Positions 24,141 to 37,539 of a DNA stretch of 64,000 bases are shown here, in pieces. The stretch is from Podarcis muralis. Its lineage: Eukaryota. Numbering within the stretch: the first letter of the stretch is position 1; the number at the start of each line of letters is the position of its first letter. A model generated the notes under the pieces. It worked only from the letters and a program-made list of their open reading frames with translations. It ran no database searches and was not told the origin of the DNA. Made by a program: the position numbers and the translations under genes. The stretch is from positions 86,428,001 to 86,492,000 of the forward strand of contig NC_135662.1 of the NCBI RefSeq assembly GCF_964188315.1, read 5' to 3'.

Positions 24141-27100
24141 AGCTTACCCTGCTGGGTTTTTTTTTTGGAAGGTGGGGGGGGGGGGAATAGTTTGAGGAAA
24201 TGGTGCAGGGAAGCTAGCACCTGGTGCATGTCTGACATTTTATGAATTAAGATGGTGCTGACAGGCAGTTCCCCTCCCCCGCTTCTTTAGGACTAGCTTG
24301 ACAAAGGACCAAACTAGGAGTAAAGACCACGTGGTCTGTGAGGCAGACCCAAGACCTTAGGCAGCAAAATCCAAGGGGTGTAGCCACTGACCCAAAGAAG
24401 TGGGGACAAATGGCAGTGGCTTCCAGGACCTTGCAAGAGTGGTGCAAGATGTCACCAGAACATGGAACCTGCCACCGCTGCCGCGTGACCCCAGGAAGCA
24501 AGGCTTCAGCAGGGGTGGCAAGGGGTGGGTGCGCACTGTGCAGGGGGTCACTTTCCCGATTTTGCCTCTGTTATATAGATAATAAATGGACCAAATAAGT
24601 AAGTATAGAACAATAACACAAAAGGGAGGGGGTTTCCTACTCGCCACCACTGAGCTCTTTCTATGCGGTTGAGGTTGGTACTGAAAAATAAAGACAGTAC
24701 TGCTGCCATCTTAGTGGAGCTTTGCCATCGCAAAAAGCTATCTATGCTAGATGGCTTAGTTATTGGGCATGCCAATTTCATATGTATAAACCTTCCACAG
24801 ATGCAAAAATCCCATTGCTTATGGACCAGAGGCCAAGGGAGGCCTTTGCAATATCCAGACTCACAGTGATTGAAGATCAGTTCGTAGAACAGAATCAGAA
24901 GCCGTACTGTGAAATGGGTTTGCAGACACTGTATTATGGAACTGCCTGACCCTGAAGATATTCATGGAGGCCTCTGCTTCATGTACTTCCACTACCACCA
25001 GAAGTACTACAGGCTGGCATGGTGACTGGCAGGGCCTTTTCTGTGACGGCAAGGAGGCACCAAGCCCAGAGAAGCTTTTCTCGTCCTGTTGCTGCTTGTC
25101 TTTCAGTGGATCATTAATACCTCCCCCCATGGCCATATTTAGGTGCTGCTGTTTTAGACTTTTTTTTAAAAAAACCAATGTTTCTTTTTAAAAAACAACA
25201 GATGCTGTTAACCAACTGTTATATATATATATATGTAGCTTAAAATATTGCAAATATAAATAAAATAATCATGGTTTGCCTAGCATGGTGACTAAATTGA
25301 CAAACTGCTTCTACACCTTGGGGCCTTCAGCATTTAGTGGCCAAGTAAACAAAGCAAAAACCGGAAAGATCTGAAGTTTAGACCTAAATTTGGTCTGTGG
25401 GCTGGATGCTCTCCACCCCATGATTAGCCCATTGTACATTGAGAATCTCAGAGTTGTGGTTTGACGTCTGACCTGAGTCTTTACCGTAATTAGCCCCCTT
25501 CCTGTAGCACTCCGGACATCTGCAGATTGCCCAGGATGGCTCCAGCCAGCGACAAGGCGAGGAGAAATTCAGTACTGTGCATTTTGGAAGCTTTTCATGT
25601 ACAGGAACTGTGGGAATAGGCATGGGGCTTATGCTCACCAGAGTGTAGGGTGTGTTTACAGCTGATTGTGTTCCCATTTCATTTGCAAAGTCCACATCAC
25701 ATTGCCCTCAAACAACAATTGCCCTCAAACAACAGTGGGAATGCTTCCTTTAAGCCCTCACCTAAAAGCAATTAATGCATTTTTTGTTGTGGAAATACTG
25801 GTTTCACTCTCATGCAAATTTAATCATTTGCTTAATTGACTGACAGCACAACCCTACGTTTGTTCAGTATTAAGTCCTATTGAATTCAGTTGAACTTACT
25901 CCAAGTTAAATGTGCATAACACTCTAAATATGCATACGATGCAAGTAGTCATGACTAAATTTCCAGTGAAATAATTTTAGACCCATTAGGCCATACTATC
26001 TATATTTAAGCGCTGGCTGTTCTGCACCCCCTTGTGAACAATGCGCCTGCTTGCTCCTGCAGTTCTCTTTACAGAAGCTGGCATAGGGAAGTTTAGTAGG
26101 TGACACTTTTCTCAGGACCTTATTTCCATGTCAGGAAAGACTTTGGCTGCTTAATGTCTATGTGTGAGGCACAGGAACAGGGTAAGTCAAAGAAACGTAA
26201 GTTGACAGTCTCATTTCTTAGAAAGAAGCCCAGGCTTTGCCTAGATGGATCACCTTCCTTCTCCTCCCACGCTGTCCACCAAGTTTGACAGGCTAGTTCC
26301 AAGCACTTTGACCAAAAATTAAAGCTGTCCAAGAAAGGAAGTCCTGCTATAATGTTGCAGGACTGGAGAGACCCGGGTTCATGTCCCCACTGGGTGGACC
26401 TTGGGCCAGTCACTCTTCCCACTTAATGTACCTCACAGAGTTGTTAAGGGGATGTATGCCTCCTTCAACTCAGTGACGGAAAGGCAGGATATGTGTTCAA
26501 AACAAACAAACATTTCTGCTGAGGTAAATTTGTGCCTGCACTGTACCACCTCAGAATGTAGCTAAGGGCGTTCAGGAATGCTTCTACAGTGTCCATAACA
26601 AATAAAACTGGCCGGTTTCATGATGAAGCTACACTAGAATCTTCTCCCAGCCATTATATTTTTTTAAATGGAAAGTTCCCCCTTCCTTGCAATATAGAGA
26701 AGCAGTCAATCATGTGAATCTTCACCCGCCTTCTTAATTGGTACACACCAAGCACCTCCTGCCTAATTGAGGGCTAGGCCTAAGGCTCAGCGTGGTATTT
26801 CTAGAGGGGGCTTCATTTCCTTTTCTGTCATCTTTCTTGCACACAGAAATGCATCCCTTCCATCCCTGTTTGTTGGAGTGAGATTGGTTTAGTCACATTG
26901 TCTATCCCTATTCTCTCCTTGGGCAAGGTGTTTGTGTTCTCTGTAGCCCCATGAATACCACAGGGAGGTTCTAAAGAGAATCAACATGGTGGCACTAATT
27001 GGAAAAGCAACCAAGACAGGAAATGAAGAAAGCTGGGTTGTAGAGCCTGCAACAAATCCCTTCACAGGGACTAGGGAAGTCTCCATATTTCCCAAGGGGC

Positions 27101-27704
27101 CGGGTTCTTGTGCCATTCTCTTTCCCCCTTGCCCTTACCACTGGGGTGGCATCATGCCAGTCATCCCTAGTGGGCATATGACACATCTCTCTGCATTATT
27201 TACACCTGCTTTACATTGTTCATGAACTGTTTACCATAGGCTTAAGCCAGGCTTTCTTGTTTTCTGTGGAAACAGATCAGGATCACTGATAGCTGAGGAG
27301 ACAGTGCTGCAGGTGTGCCCTGTTTATCTATTATTCAGAGCACAAATGCAAAAGAGCCGGTGAAAAGGGCAGATGGTCCAGTCAGAATGGGTTCCACTCC
27401 CAATGGCTAATGTATAGGTTAAACCAGGTGCCCATTGCTCTCTCCCTCCCAGAGGCAAGTTCTCATCTGTTAGCAGCAGCAGCAGCAGCAGTTTCTTGGT
27501 AAAGAAAATAGGTTTCCATGTTTGAAAGATTCGGAACACTGCAAAAGCCAGCAAAACCTGTCTACCAGGGGCGCTGCTGGAAAGAAGCATGGCATTGTTG
27601 CCTCTGCCACATTGCCTTCAATACTTTGGGGGTGGGGTTTCCAGTCTAGCACTCCCATATTCTTGCTCTCCCCTCCTTTTCGTCCTTCAGAAGCAATCAC
27701 AACA

Positions 27705-30381
27705 AACGCATCAGCAGAAAAGATTTTATTATTTTCCCCAAAGAAAAAAGAGCAATATAAATATTAGAGTATAAAACTTGCGTGTAACACATTGACGTCA
27801 GTCTATATGGATATAAGAAGGATATAAGCATATATATAATATATAAGTATAGTTCAATATTAGACACATTGAAAGGACAGTAAGTGTGTTTCAATTCACA
27901 TACATTTAAAAGCACAAAGAGCACACATAAAGAAGATACAAAGGAATAAAAAAAAATACTGATGTCCACAACTCAATTACTAAGATTAAAAAAGAAGAAA
28001 GAAACCTACACATCACTAGGTTTTCAGCACTACTACACTACTTTCAGCTTATTGATTAAAAGGAAAAAGAGAATGACTAAGATTAATCTACAGTACTTTG
28101 AGAAGAGTCACATAATAACTACTTCAGTACATAATAAGCCCCAGGCGCAATCCTATGGGGAAGCTCACCTGCATCAGCCCTGTTAAGATGGAGAGAGGCT
28201 GCAGGACAGAATTGCCATGCGCTTGTGTGGCTTCTGGTGATTCCAGCCGAGCTTGTGCAGGAGAACTTCCCAATGGATTGCGCTCTGCTTTAACTAACTA
28301 TGTAAACTGTTTCTAGTGCAGTCACCAAACACAAGGGGTGGGTGGGTGACTGGGATCAGTACAAAAACCATACGTCGACTGAAGTTTCTTCCCACAGACA
28401 AATCCCGCTTTCTAGACACACAGGAGGCAGCAGATACGCTCTAGCAGTGCAAGACTACACAGCCAATGAGACTGGTCCGCAATGTTTTGAAAAGTCGTCA
28501 GATGTTTAACCTGAGGTGCTCATAGAAGGCCAGACCATCTCAGACAAGCTCCTTATCAAAGGTTTAAGAAAGAGTAATATATCTCTGGCCTAGTGATTAG
28601 CCCTCCATGTTGGAAATATGCTGCTTCTCTGCCCTCGGCTGGTCAGTGCCTCTATAGAAAGGCAACCTGAGTTTGCCAGCAGCAGGCCGAAGCTCCCTGC
28701 TAGTCTGTGCTGCGCTTGAGCGAGGAAAGAGATGAGAACACAAGCCGATAAAATGCACAGGGAGCGGGAAACGCTCACTTCCTCTCCATACTAGGCTATG
28801 AAACAATGTGGCTAAAAACCCTAAAACAAGTCATTTCGAAACACAGCGAAGGGATTTATGACTATTCACTTTAAATCCAGTGGATTTATATCCAAGTGGG
28901 GGTGATAGCAGAGGTCCCAAGGACCTTCAGTGCACCAATGGTTACTCACTTCTCTAACGTTCAGAACTTGGCCTTGGGGGCTTGGTATCAGAAATCCCTG
29001 CCCAGCTCCAGCTCCGGCATCCCTGATCTGTGCCTGGCCCCATGCGTCCTCAGACCAATTGTTGTTCGCTTAATATCAGCGCGTGAAGAAGGCCAGCAAA
29101 CCAAGGGCCTTCTTTAGCTGTGCTTGCCTAGGCGTGTGGAAACTTTCCTACTGCTCTGATCCAGGGCAATGCATCTTGTTACTGAACTCTACTCACAGAC
29201 AGACAATGCTCAGGTTCCACCAGGATGTGGGCACTTCACAGCATATTTACATCATGCTGTATATGGCATGCAATGACTTCTCTATTCTAGGTTGGGAGGC
29301 GGCAGCTGGCCTACCGTAGATGTGAAGTGAATGTTTTGCATGCAGCTCGATGTGCAGAAAATATGAAGCATTCCATTTTTGTTTTAATTCTCTACCTACA
29401 AGGCCACCAGAGCCCATTCACTGACAGAAGGCGTCTGCCTGTGGAACTAACAGAGCTATTTCAGTGCTTAAAGGAGGAGCGGCAGCTCACTATACTCACA
29501 AGCGATTGACTTTGACTTCCTTAAACTTATTCCAGAAAACAATTACTGTACACATAAATATTTATGGATCAAAGTGTAGATGAGATGTGTTGTCTCTTCA
29601 GAGGCCACTGTAAATCAATCAACACTGGCAAAATTCCCCATCTTCCTACCATGTGAGGCATTCTCTGCCTCTGGGAGGCTTCCCATAGCAATGTGTTTGT
29701 GCGCCTTGCCTCTTAGGTATAACCATTTCAGTTTTATTTTTTCAACCATCATTGGTTAACTTTTAAAAATGCTGTTGAAACTCATTCCCTTCTAATAATG
29801 CAGGATGGACACTGTTTTAAAATAAAAAAGCAGAAACTAAAGCATCCCCTCATCAATTTCATAACAAGGATTCCAAGTGAGATATTTTTGTGGGGACAGA
29901 AAGCATTCATCAAAATTTGGGGGAAGTGAGAATGTTCTTTAAATGGAAAAATGTATAAATCAAAACCCCTGTTTAGAAGAATTATTTACAATGGACAGGG
30001 CCCACCCTAAGCCTTGTATGTTGTACAGATCCCTCTGGAGCAAAGCAATGGGAGAGAAAAATATTCCAAAGATCTGACACCCTTGCATATTAGATCATCT
30101 GCATGAGAGTATAAGCTATAATTCATCACTATCCACAGGGCTTTTTTTTTTGTTTGCTTCGTTTCCAGATACTTTTACATCAGGAGGACTAACAGTAGGA
30201 GACTTTCTCCTAGCTCTGATGACAGCAATGTACATTCGCAATGTTCCACACTTTTTTATTTTTTAAAAATGGTTAACCACAAATTCACATTCATCCTCCA
30301 TCCTAGGCTATGAATTGGGGGAATGCTGGAAGAGTCTGCCCTTTAGATCTAAGGTGGCAGCGATGTGTCATCCTGCGAATC
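27705..30381 (-). other. PCDHG: Pcdh-gamma 3' UTR (~2.7 kb); AATAAA at 27725-27730
   Basis: The minus strand ends ...AGTTTTATACTCTAATATTTATAT...AATAATAAAA, which resembles the recalled 3' end of mammalian PCDHG mRNA. The exact cleavage site is approximate. Confidence 0.75.
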
Positions 30382-30638
30382 TTACTTCTTCTCCTTCTTC
30401 CCTGACTTCTTCTTGTTTCCACCTCCGGAGGCTGCAGGTTTCCCATCCCGCTTGGCTGCAGAATTGGAGAGAGTGGCTGTGCTGCCAGGGATGTACACGT
30501 TCTGTCTGTAGTCAGGGACGTGCTGCAGGGTGAACTGGGGGCCATACCTGGTGCTGAGGCCCATTGTGCCTGCTGCTGTTGCTCCTCCTCCCAGAGTAGA
30601 ATTCCCATCAGGATTTGCGGCGGCGGCAGCAGCGGCTT
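30382..30638 (-). CDS. PCDHG: Pcdh-gamma constant exon 3, coding part ([19 protein letters not shown]...[28 protein letters not shown]...[10 protein letters not shown])
   Basis: Acceptor gtgtag|AAGCC. The characteristic lysine-rich gamma C-terminus ends with TAA at 30382-30384. Frame is continuous across the three constant exons (405 nt). Confidence 0.97.
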
Positions 30639-33259
30639 CTACACCACCACAGGGAGGGGGATTGAGAGAAGGAGATTGGAAGGGGGAGAAAAGTCAGAAG
30701 GGCAAATTCTTAGCATAGTCGTTGCTACATGTAAATGTATAATTTAGGGTCTCGACTACACATCATCTAGGGAAGATGCACTCAGCCCACCTTCCCGCCC
30801 CCAGAATTCTTATGAACAGCAAGCTCTTTGGCATGTGCACAAGGCCTGGGAGTGATAATGCAGAAAGCTCTGGTTTGAAGAAGTGGCATCCTGTAGTCCG
30901 GCAAAAATAAATCCCTGCTTTTCCCTGAAGCCCAGAGGAGAGGAAGGGAAAACTCTCAGCAAGAACAAATAGAGGCTTGCTAGCACACTCAGAGCTCTTA
31001 GGAGCAATCTTACTATGCCCTTGTTGCATGCCTGGGCTGCTTGGCAAAAAGGTGGGTGTTAAACCCTCATCCCAAAAAGGCTGTGTGCTTTTTGCAGGGA
31101 GCCTCATGGCCAGGGAGCCACATGGGTGCTGTGTTGTGTGTCTTCTGTGACCTCTCATTTGTATGCCTTGCATTGTAATCGGCTGTGCTACTGCAGCAGT
31201 GGTGCGTGTGTGCAGGCGTGTGGGTTAGGGATGTGTCCCTGTAATTTTTGCACTATAGACTTAAGTTTTCCATTTTTTAACAGTTGGCTTTAATGAGAGA
31301 TAAACACTCCTTTTACAGTAAACAATGACATATTTGTATTTTATAAAATACAAATGCTTCTACTTATTTTAGATTCACTGAAGATGAGCCATCTGTGGCC
31401 TGAAACTCAGCTTTTGTTGATGATGAATACATTTGCCTGTATACCCTTCTATGGACTTCTTTGTGCCATGCTTATTTCTGGAGCTTCCTTTTCATTTGAC
31501 TTCCCAAAATATGAAGAATATATGAAAATACTGAATGTGTAGCAACAATAGAGCAAGGAGGAACAGGAAGAGGTATTAAAATTGTGCCAATGGACTTAAC
31601 TATTTTGATTTTGGCTAGAGGAGAGACATTCTGTCCAGGAGTTAGCAGTTATGCATGGGTTTTTAATAATGGGTTTAAAATAGTGCTTTTTTCTGGGGGG
31701 GATGCAGGGGTACACATACCCCTAAACATGTTGTGTTCTTAAAACGGGAAAGGACAATCTGTCTTCTCCGCTGCCTTATCTCTTCTTAGTGACCTACCAA
31801 CCCACTTCTGTGCTGTAATTTGACTGAGGAACTCGAATGAGAAAAGACCGTCCAATTGAGCTGCCCTGGTAAAGCTTTTCTGCCCTCTGGCATGAGATGG
31901 GCTTTGATTATTATGCACAGCAGGCTCCTTAAATGAAAAATAGCAGCCGGCTGCCAGAATAACATCCAAGTGCATGGACTGGCAGACTCTAGTTTTGCAT
32001 GGTCTTTGGTTAATTTATTTATTAAGTCAAACGTCAGTTGCCCCACACAGAAGATTAAATTTATAAAGAAAGAGAGCACATATACTTTAATTGTTTAAAA
32101 ATATTGAGTGATCAGTCTGTGTCAATCGCATGACTGAACCCCTCTCTGCCCTCTTGCTTAAGAACGCGAGAAGTGCTTTGCTGTACCAGATCAAGACCCA
32201 TGTAAGTCCAGCAACTACCAGGCAACAGAGGGTCTGCAGTAACTCTGCCAGTCACTCACCATTCGCCCTCTGCCTAGCCTTGCTCTAGCTCTGAGGTGGG
32301 CAGAAGGTATGTCAAGATCTACTGGCAGACCTCTGGGTTATTTAAAGTAGATTGTCTGGGGAGGGTTCCTGACTCCCAATTGTTTAATAAGCAGCTGTTG
32401 TTTTCTTTCTCAATTTGGCTGTGAAGGGGAAGAATGTTTAGGCAGAGGGCAGGACCCAGAGTAGATTTTTCTGTGACAGTGAGCTCAGTTCTGGTACGAA
32501 AAAAATAATAATACTCCTGAGATGACCATGCTAAGAGAGGCTCTATTTCTTAATTCTATGTAGCTCCTTTCCATAAATCCCTGTTGTGCCTGGCTTCAGT
32601 TGGTGGACCTTGGGTATGGATGGAGTCTAGATTTTCAATATGCACAGGTCCCCCTCCCCAATTTCTTGTTTTCCTCCTTAATCTCAATGGGAAACCAGCT
32701 TCCCCCACAGTTCTGCTTAAAAATATTAGCAATTATTGTATCTTATATGCATATTATGCACATATACACTCCAGCTTTCTAATAAGCTGCATTTGGCCTC
32801 AACATTATGTTTCACCAGTGTTCCAAAAAAAAAAAAAAAAAGCCCCTAAAAATATGCAAACTTTTTCAGAAATGTGCTGAGAATCAATCATCACAATAAA
32901 CTTTTATGGGGCACCTTGAAAACTTAACTTTCTTTTGTTTTCTTGTTTGCAGCGCCCTAGCTTCTTGTTTTGGTTTTTACGCTGACTGCTTTCTATACTC
33001 CTACAGTTGCAGATCTTTTTTCATACAACAGTTTGATTTGAAGGGAAAGCACCTGTGAGAGGCTAAAATCTTGAGAGGACCACAGGCAGGGTCCCAAGGG
33101 GAAAGGGGCTGCCTAATCCTTTAGTCAAGCTGCCTTCCTCCCCTATTGGGAGCAAGTCGTGGCCTCTCTTCCTCCTGTGGCTCCCTGTGGGGAGAAACAG
33201 CCTGAGAAGATGTGGAACAGATGAAGCGATTTAGAGCAGATGAAAGGGTTAAGAAGTCT

Positions 33260-33289
33260 TCCTCCTCCTCCTCCTCCTCCTCCTCCTCC
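33260..33289. repeat. (CCT)~10 trinucleotide repeat
   Basis: Read directly. Confidence 0.95.
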
Positions 33290-35242
33290 CAGGTAGACAC
33301 TGATTTATTTCATGCTCACATTGACCTGCATTTTTGTGTCTCACCTCTTATGGCCAACAGGAGGCTAAGAAAGCAAATCTTCGAACAGGCAAAAATAAAT
33401 GAGCTTGTGTCTCTGCTTGTTTCCGAAACAGAACCTGCCCAGAGAGCTCAAGGGCTTATCACTGGCGCTATGGACACTTATGTCTGTTGCCTGAGCTTTG
33501 ACCACCACAAATGCTCGGACCTTTATTTAACAGCAGACAGTTCAGTCCAGGGAGACCTGCTGGGGCCTGCAGACAGGTGGTGTCTAAAAATCCATGCAGC
33601 AACATTCCACCAGGCAGTTTCCTTTTATCATAGAATGCAAGTCTCCTATGTGCACAGAAGCCAGGTTCTCTCCCATCTGCCCCCATGCAATCTTAGCTCA
33701 TCTGCTTACACCCTCTTAAAGTTCTTTTTTTTTCTTTAACCAACCAAATAAATAATCTGTCTCTAAAATATCTACTCAGGATGTAAAAATTAGGCCCTTT
33801 GGAATTTCTAATTTTCTACGGTGCTTTAATTCTAATCTGTGCTGTACTTCCCTATCTGCTTGCCCTAGGATATGGGCCTAGAGGGTTTCTCTTTGATGCT
33901 TCAAAAGAACTCGTTTTTAAAACTAATTGAAGAGATTCCTAGGCTCTTCAGAACCTTTGCAAATAATAGTTTCTCACAGAGCTCTCTTTCTCTCTCTCAA
34001 CAACCATGCTAATGGATGAGGAGGAGATTTACTAAAAAGAGAAACATGGATTGACCATTCCATTGTGCTTCATTAAAAATGCAATCTATGAATGACCTCT
34101 GAATATGGCTAATGATGGATGTCACCCCAGTCTTTGTAGTTAAGCACAGTTTTTCCAAGTGACCATAGAAATGGATTAGAACAAGGCTTCTCACACTTTT
34201 TGTGCCCAGGACCCCCTTGAGATGGCTGGAAATAACTGAGGCCCACCAGTCACAAAATGGCAGTACAGGCAGAGCCAGTCACAATGTGGTGGCAGATGAG
34301 GGCAGAGATTGATATTTTCTACTGATATCTTATCCATCTTTGGAAACTGCTAGATTCTTTACCAAAGCCCTTTCCTTGTGGCAAGATGCTTCAAAACTCA
34401 GCTCTGCTCAGGCTAAGGAGTGACACTGGAGGTATTATGACTCAACCTCCCCATTTTAGCTAGAATTTGCTGATCCAGAGGCTCTAGGTGGAGAAGGCTT
34501 TGCTTTTATATATTTTCCTTCCCACCCATCTCCTCTAATTTCATCTCCCATTCTCCTTTCACAGACAACTTGCAACTTAACTCTCCCCTCTTCCCTTGCC
34601 AGTTTCTTTCCTCTTTCCTCCTTTCTATTCCCAGTTATCTTGCTTTCTAATTTCATTCAACACCTCCCCTGGCCTTTTCCCTTCAGAGGAAGGAAACCTT
34701 CCTCCTCTCCTCCCTGCTCTCCCTCTCCAATTTCTTTGTCTCCTGGTCACCTTTACGCAGCAGGAATGGAGGTGTTGGTCCAGCCCAAAGGCTGTGGCAT
34801 GGCTAGGGGCCAGGGCAGACTGTGGCAATGAGGCCCCCCCGAAGGTGGCCCAAGGGCCACTGTGTGACAAACACTGGCTTAGAAGATGATGGGATCCTGC
34901 ACAACGCTTGTAAGGAAAGGGTGATAGCCAAGATTAGTCATTCTCAGATTAGACTCAGTGAAATCAGTGAAATCAGTGGATTAACTAGGTCTATTAATTT
35001 TAATGGATCTACCCTGTCTTAGCTGGATATCATCCACAGTACATTAGTTTTCTTAAGATAAACAAAAATGCTACTTTTGAGTACAGGGAGTGTTTAGATT
35101 AGTCTCCGTTGGGTGCAAAACAGATTTCAGGTTGCACCAACAGCTACTGGGACAAGAAAACAACCATAGCTGCCCCCCCCCCCCCCATATTTTGTAAATA
35201 TAAAATGTAGCAGCCACTTCAGATTTTTGTATTTTCAAAATA

Positions 35243-35476
35243 CAGTGGTACCTTGGGTTACATACGCTTCAGGTTATATACACTTCAGGTTACAGACTCC
35301 ACTAACCCAGAAATAGTACCTCGGGTTAAGAACTTTGCTTCAGGATGAGAACAGAAATTGCGCAGCGGCAGCAGCAGGAGGCCCCATTAGCTAAAGTGGT
35401 GCTTCAGGTTAAGAACAGCTACAGGTTAAGAACGGACCTCCGGAACGAATTAAGTACTTAACCCGAGGTACCACTG
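35243..35476. mobile_element. Tc1/mariner-type MITE
   Basis: TIR CAGTGGTACCTYGGGTTA with a TA TSD. Confidence 0.88.
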
Positions 35477-37539
35477 TATGGGGGAAACAACCATTATTGC
35501 TTATTTGTTTTTTGAATGCTCCGCTGCCAAAACCTCCCTGCACATAGATAGGTAGCTCACAGCACCCTCACATTTTTTTGAAGGATAAGGTGAAAATAAA
35601 AAATTGATCTGCGTTTGTAGCTGAGTCAAATATAAACAGCTGCATTTTAATCAGCATTGTCAATATTTCAATGCAGTTTCATTTGAAACTAATAGATTAA
35701 CCCCATAGCCTTAAAAGATAAAAATACAGAAACTATTCTCACACCATGAACTGAATGGCGGTTCACACCCACTATTCAGTACTGGCATTACGTTGGGCTA
35801 AAACTGCGCAACAAAAATAGCTTTCCTTTGAAAAAAACAACATCCCAACATTACAGACTATTTTATTAGACAAATGCATCTGCTTGTAGTTACTGCAGAA
35901 TAGCTGCAACTCAAATACATTTGGAAGCATTTGGATAGGCATCAGTCGCTTGGCAGAGATGTGATCTCCAGAGCCTTTGGTGGGGGGAGCCAACGCGAGC
36001 AGCAAATCCAGTGAATGTATAGACACAGTAACCTATTTTTTAAAGCCACGCTCCCTGGAATACAAACTCAGGACAGTGATTTAGGGCTCATCCAGGCTTT
36101 CTTTTGTGTTGCACTTTCCAGGCATATGTCCGCACTCTAAAGTTCCATAGCCAAGAAGCGTTTTGTTTTGTTTTTTGTCCTGGTGCTTTCCCTGGGGAAA
36201 ACCCACGTTTTACCACTGAATCAGATTAAATGTCAATCCATAGAAACTCCGATTGCCTTTTGCTCTGATTCAGTGGTGAAGAGCAGGTTTCCGTGGGGTA
36301 AGCACCAGGACCCAAAACAAAACAAAACTGCTTGGACACAGAGCTTTGAAGCCCAGACCTGTGCCTAGAAGCACAGCACCAAATAAAGTCTGGATGAACC
36401 CTGACTGTGCAGAGGGACTTGGCAAACAGGGCCTGTTGGAGCAGACGTTAACCACTATCCGTGTTGATTTGCAGAGGCTACAGCTAAGACAGGAGGGGAA
36501 TGCTTAATAAACCCCTCCCACCTCCATTTGGCAAAAATAATGGGGGAAATCTGCTTAAATGGCCATTAGAAAGCACTGACGTGAACAGCAGGATTGCTTG
36601 AATGCATCTCGCTTGCTTGTGTGCTTTGCTGAACTAAGCCCATTATGTGGCTTGGGAGAGAGGTTCCGCAAATAGCAGGCACCGAAATCTCTTAAATGTG
36701 TGTGGTGCACGGGCAGCTAGATCCTGCCTCCCCCCCCAGGAACTGCTACAGCTTCTCTGTTTCCCTTTCTACCAGATCCCCTTTGTAGATCCAGAGTGGG
36801 CTCTGTCTGGTAGAAAACAGGTGGCCCACCTGGGAGATCTGTCCAGCCTTGCCAGGGTGCTCCCCATTTGGTCCCAGCAAAGCATTGGTCCTCCTCTTTG
36901 CCTCCTGACATGCAGCTCCTTTACCTCCACCCTCTCTAAGGTGCCAAAGGAAGAGAGGCTTTGGCAGTGTTCTTTCCTTACACAACTTATTCCTCATTGT
37001 CTGTGTCTGGACTTGCCCACAGAACAAGCAGCTGCTAGATCACTTCCTCCTGGCTGGTCTCACTGGGTGGGAGGAAGCTAAAGAGACCTTTGGGTGCCTT
37101 GGCTCCCGTGGGAGTTGGCTCCATGGGCAGAGGCAATGCTGCTGGCCCTATGAGCATGGGGAAAGTGGATTAACAGCTAAATAATGCTCCGTGTGGACAA
37201 GCCACTTGGAGATGTCAGCTCAGCAAGGATAAATGTGATGATTAGCTAGCCGTATTTACCCCCAGGCAAGATATCACATCTAAAACTTGCAAGCATGCTG
37301 CAATTCTGCACATTTCCTTGACAGTAAGTCCCACTGAGGTCAGCCTCTGAATAACCTGATCGAGAAAACACATTGTCTTCAGAAGGATTAGTTTTATGTG
37401 CATTTTGCAATTTTAACTACGTAATTAAATAAGCAATTGTCAGGGATTTCAACATTCAGATAACAGCTAGTTTGTGAAGTGATTGCCTAATTTTGTGGTG
37501 TTTTGGATCCAGTGTGGATGGGAATGTGCTGCATTTACA

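Noticed and set aside
25701-25734. 17-bp tandem duplication ATTGCCCTCAAACAACA x2 (a similar 13-bp duplication lies near 53870-53895)
   Set aside because: Ordinary slippage duplications with no array structure.
27561-27576. CTCF-like TCTACCAGGGGCGCTG just past the poly(A) site
   Set aside because: One G short, which misaligns the critical AG positions of the core.
30303-30608. 101-aa minus-strand ORF overlapping constant exon 3
   Set aside because: It is an alternate frame of the real exon.
33212-33739. 175-aa plus-strand ORF in the last constant intron
   Set aside because: GTG start, contains a (CCT)n-derived serine run, has no recognisable domain, and is antisense to Pcdhg.
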